Below, piece after piece: positions 63,503 through 64,000 of a stretch of 64,000 nucleotides of DNA. Origin of the DNA: Camelus dromedarius (lineage: Eukaryota). The notes below the pieces were generated by a model. It did not search any database, was not told the DNA's origin, and was given only the letters and a program-made list of their open reading frames with translations. Position 1 is the stretch's first letter. The number at the start of each line of letters is the position of its first letter. The stretch lies in contig NC_087437.1 of NCBI RefSeq assembly GCF_036321535.1, positions 50,904,001 to 50,968,000 of the forward strand, given 5' to 3'. A program made the position numbers and the translations under genes.

Positions 63503-64000
63503 GTCACACTGGGGATGAGGGCTTTCATATGAATTTTGTGGGGACACAATTCAGTCCATAGCATTCCACCCTGAGGCCCCCAAATCCTTGTTCTTATTGC
63601 ATGGAAAAACACATTCATTCCATCCCAACAGCCCCAAAAGTGTAAACTCATTCCAGCATCAGTTCTATAGTCCAAAGTCCAAACTCTCATCTAAATATCT
63701 GAATCAGATACAGGTGAGACCAGAGGTATGATTCGTCCTGAGGCAAAACTCCTCTCCAGCTGTGAACCTGTAAAACCAAAGTTATGTGCTTCCAAATAAC
63801 AGTGGTGGGGCAGGCCTTTCCATTCCAAAAGGGAGAAATAGGAAAGAAAGAAGGGATGATAGATTCCAAGTAAGTATAAAACCCACCAAGGCAAATTCCA
63901 TTAGATCTTAAGGCTTGAGAATAATCCTCTTTGGCTCGATGCCCAGTTTTCCAGACCCACTGGAGCAGCAGTATCACCTCTGCAGCTCGGCCAGGCCAGG
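63503..64000 (-). mobile_element. MaLR internal region (3' part) plus start of a truncated 3' LTR; runs off the window
   Basis: On the minus strand a purine-rich AGGGTGGAA is followed by LTR start TGCTATGGACTGAATTGTGTCCCC at 63563. 63564-64000 resembles MLT/MST internal sequence. Confidence 0.75.

Noticed and set aside
1..64000. A novel multi-gene, CRISPR-like or prokaryotic/viral system
   Set aside because: No repeat-spacer arrays, operons or long unexplained ORFs. The window is accounted for by KLHL6 exons, a retrocopy and mammalian interspersed repeats; the remaining short ORFs look like noise.

Overview
Mammalian genomic DNA, most likely from a camelid (four copies of a tRNA-derived SINE resembling Vic-1). 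It holds the 5' part of KLHL6, a BTB-BACK-Kelch CUL3 adaptor, on the minus strand: coding exons 1-4 at 45649-45357, 24701-24536, 8113-7664 and 1212-975. These give 1147 coding nt with GT-AG junctions in consistent phase; the remaining Kelch exons lie beyond the left edge. About 18 kb of upstream sequence follows. Between 52.2 and 56.3 kb is a retrotransposition cluster: two co-oriented L1 3' ends, an ERVK-like solo LTR nested in one of them, and a decayed RPL21 processed pseudogene. The rest is intronic or intergenic DNA rich in old repeats (MIR, L2, L1M, MLT1, MER). I found no new multi-gene system. The best leads are regulatory: a solo LTR with intact promoter motifs pointing at KLHL6, a CpG-rich LTR-like island in intron 1, and an ATG-TGA element plus three graded start codons at the 5' end. 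Repeat family names are recognised from memory and need RepeatMasker/Dfam confirmation.
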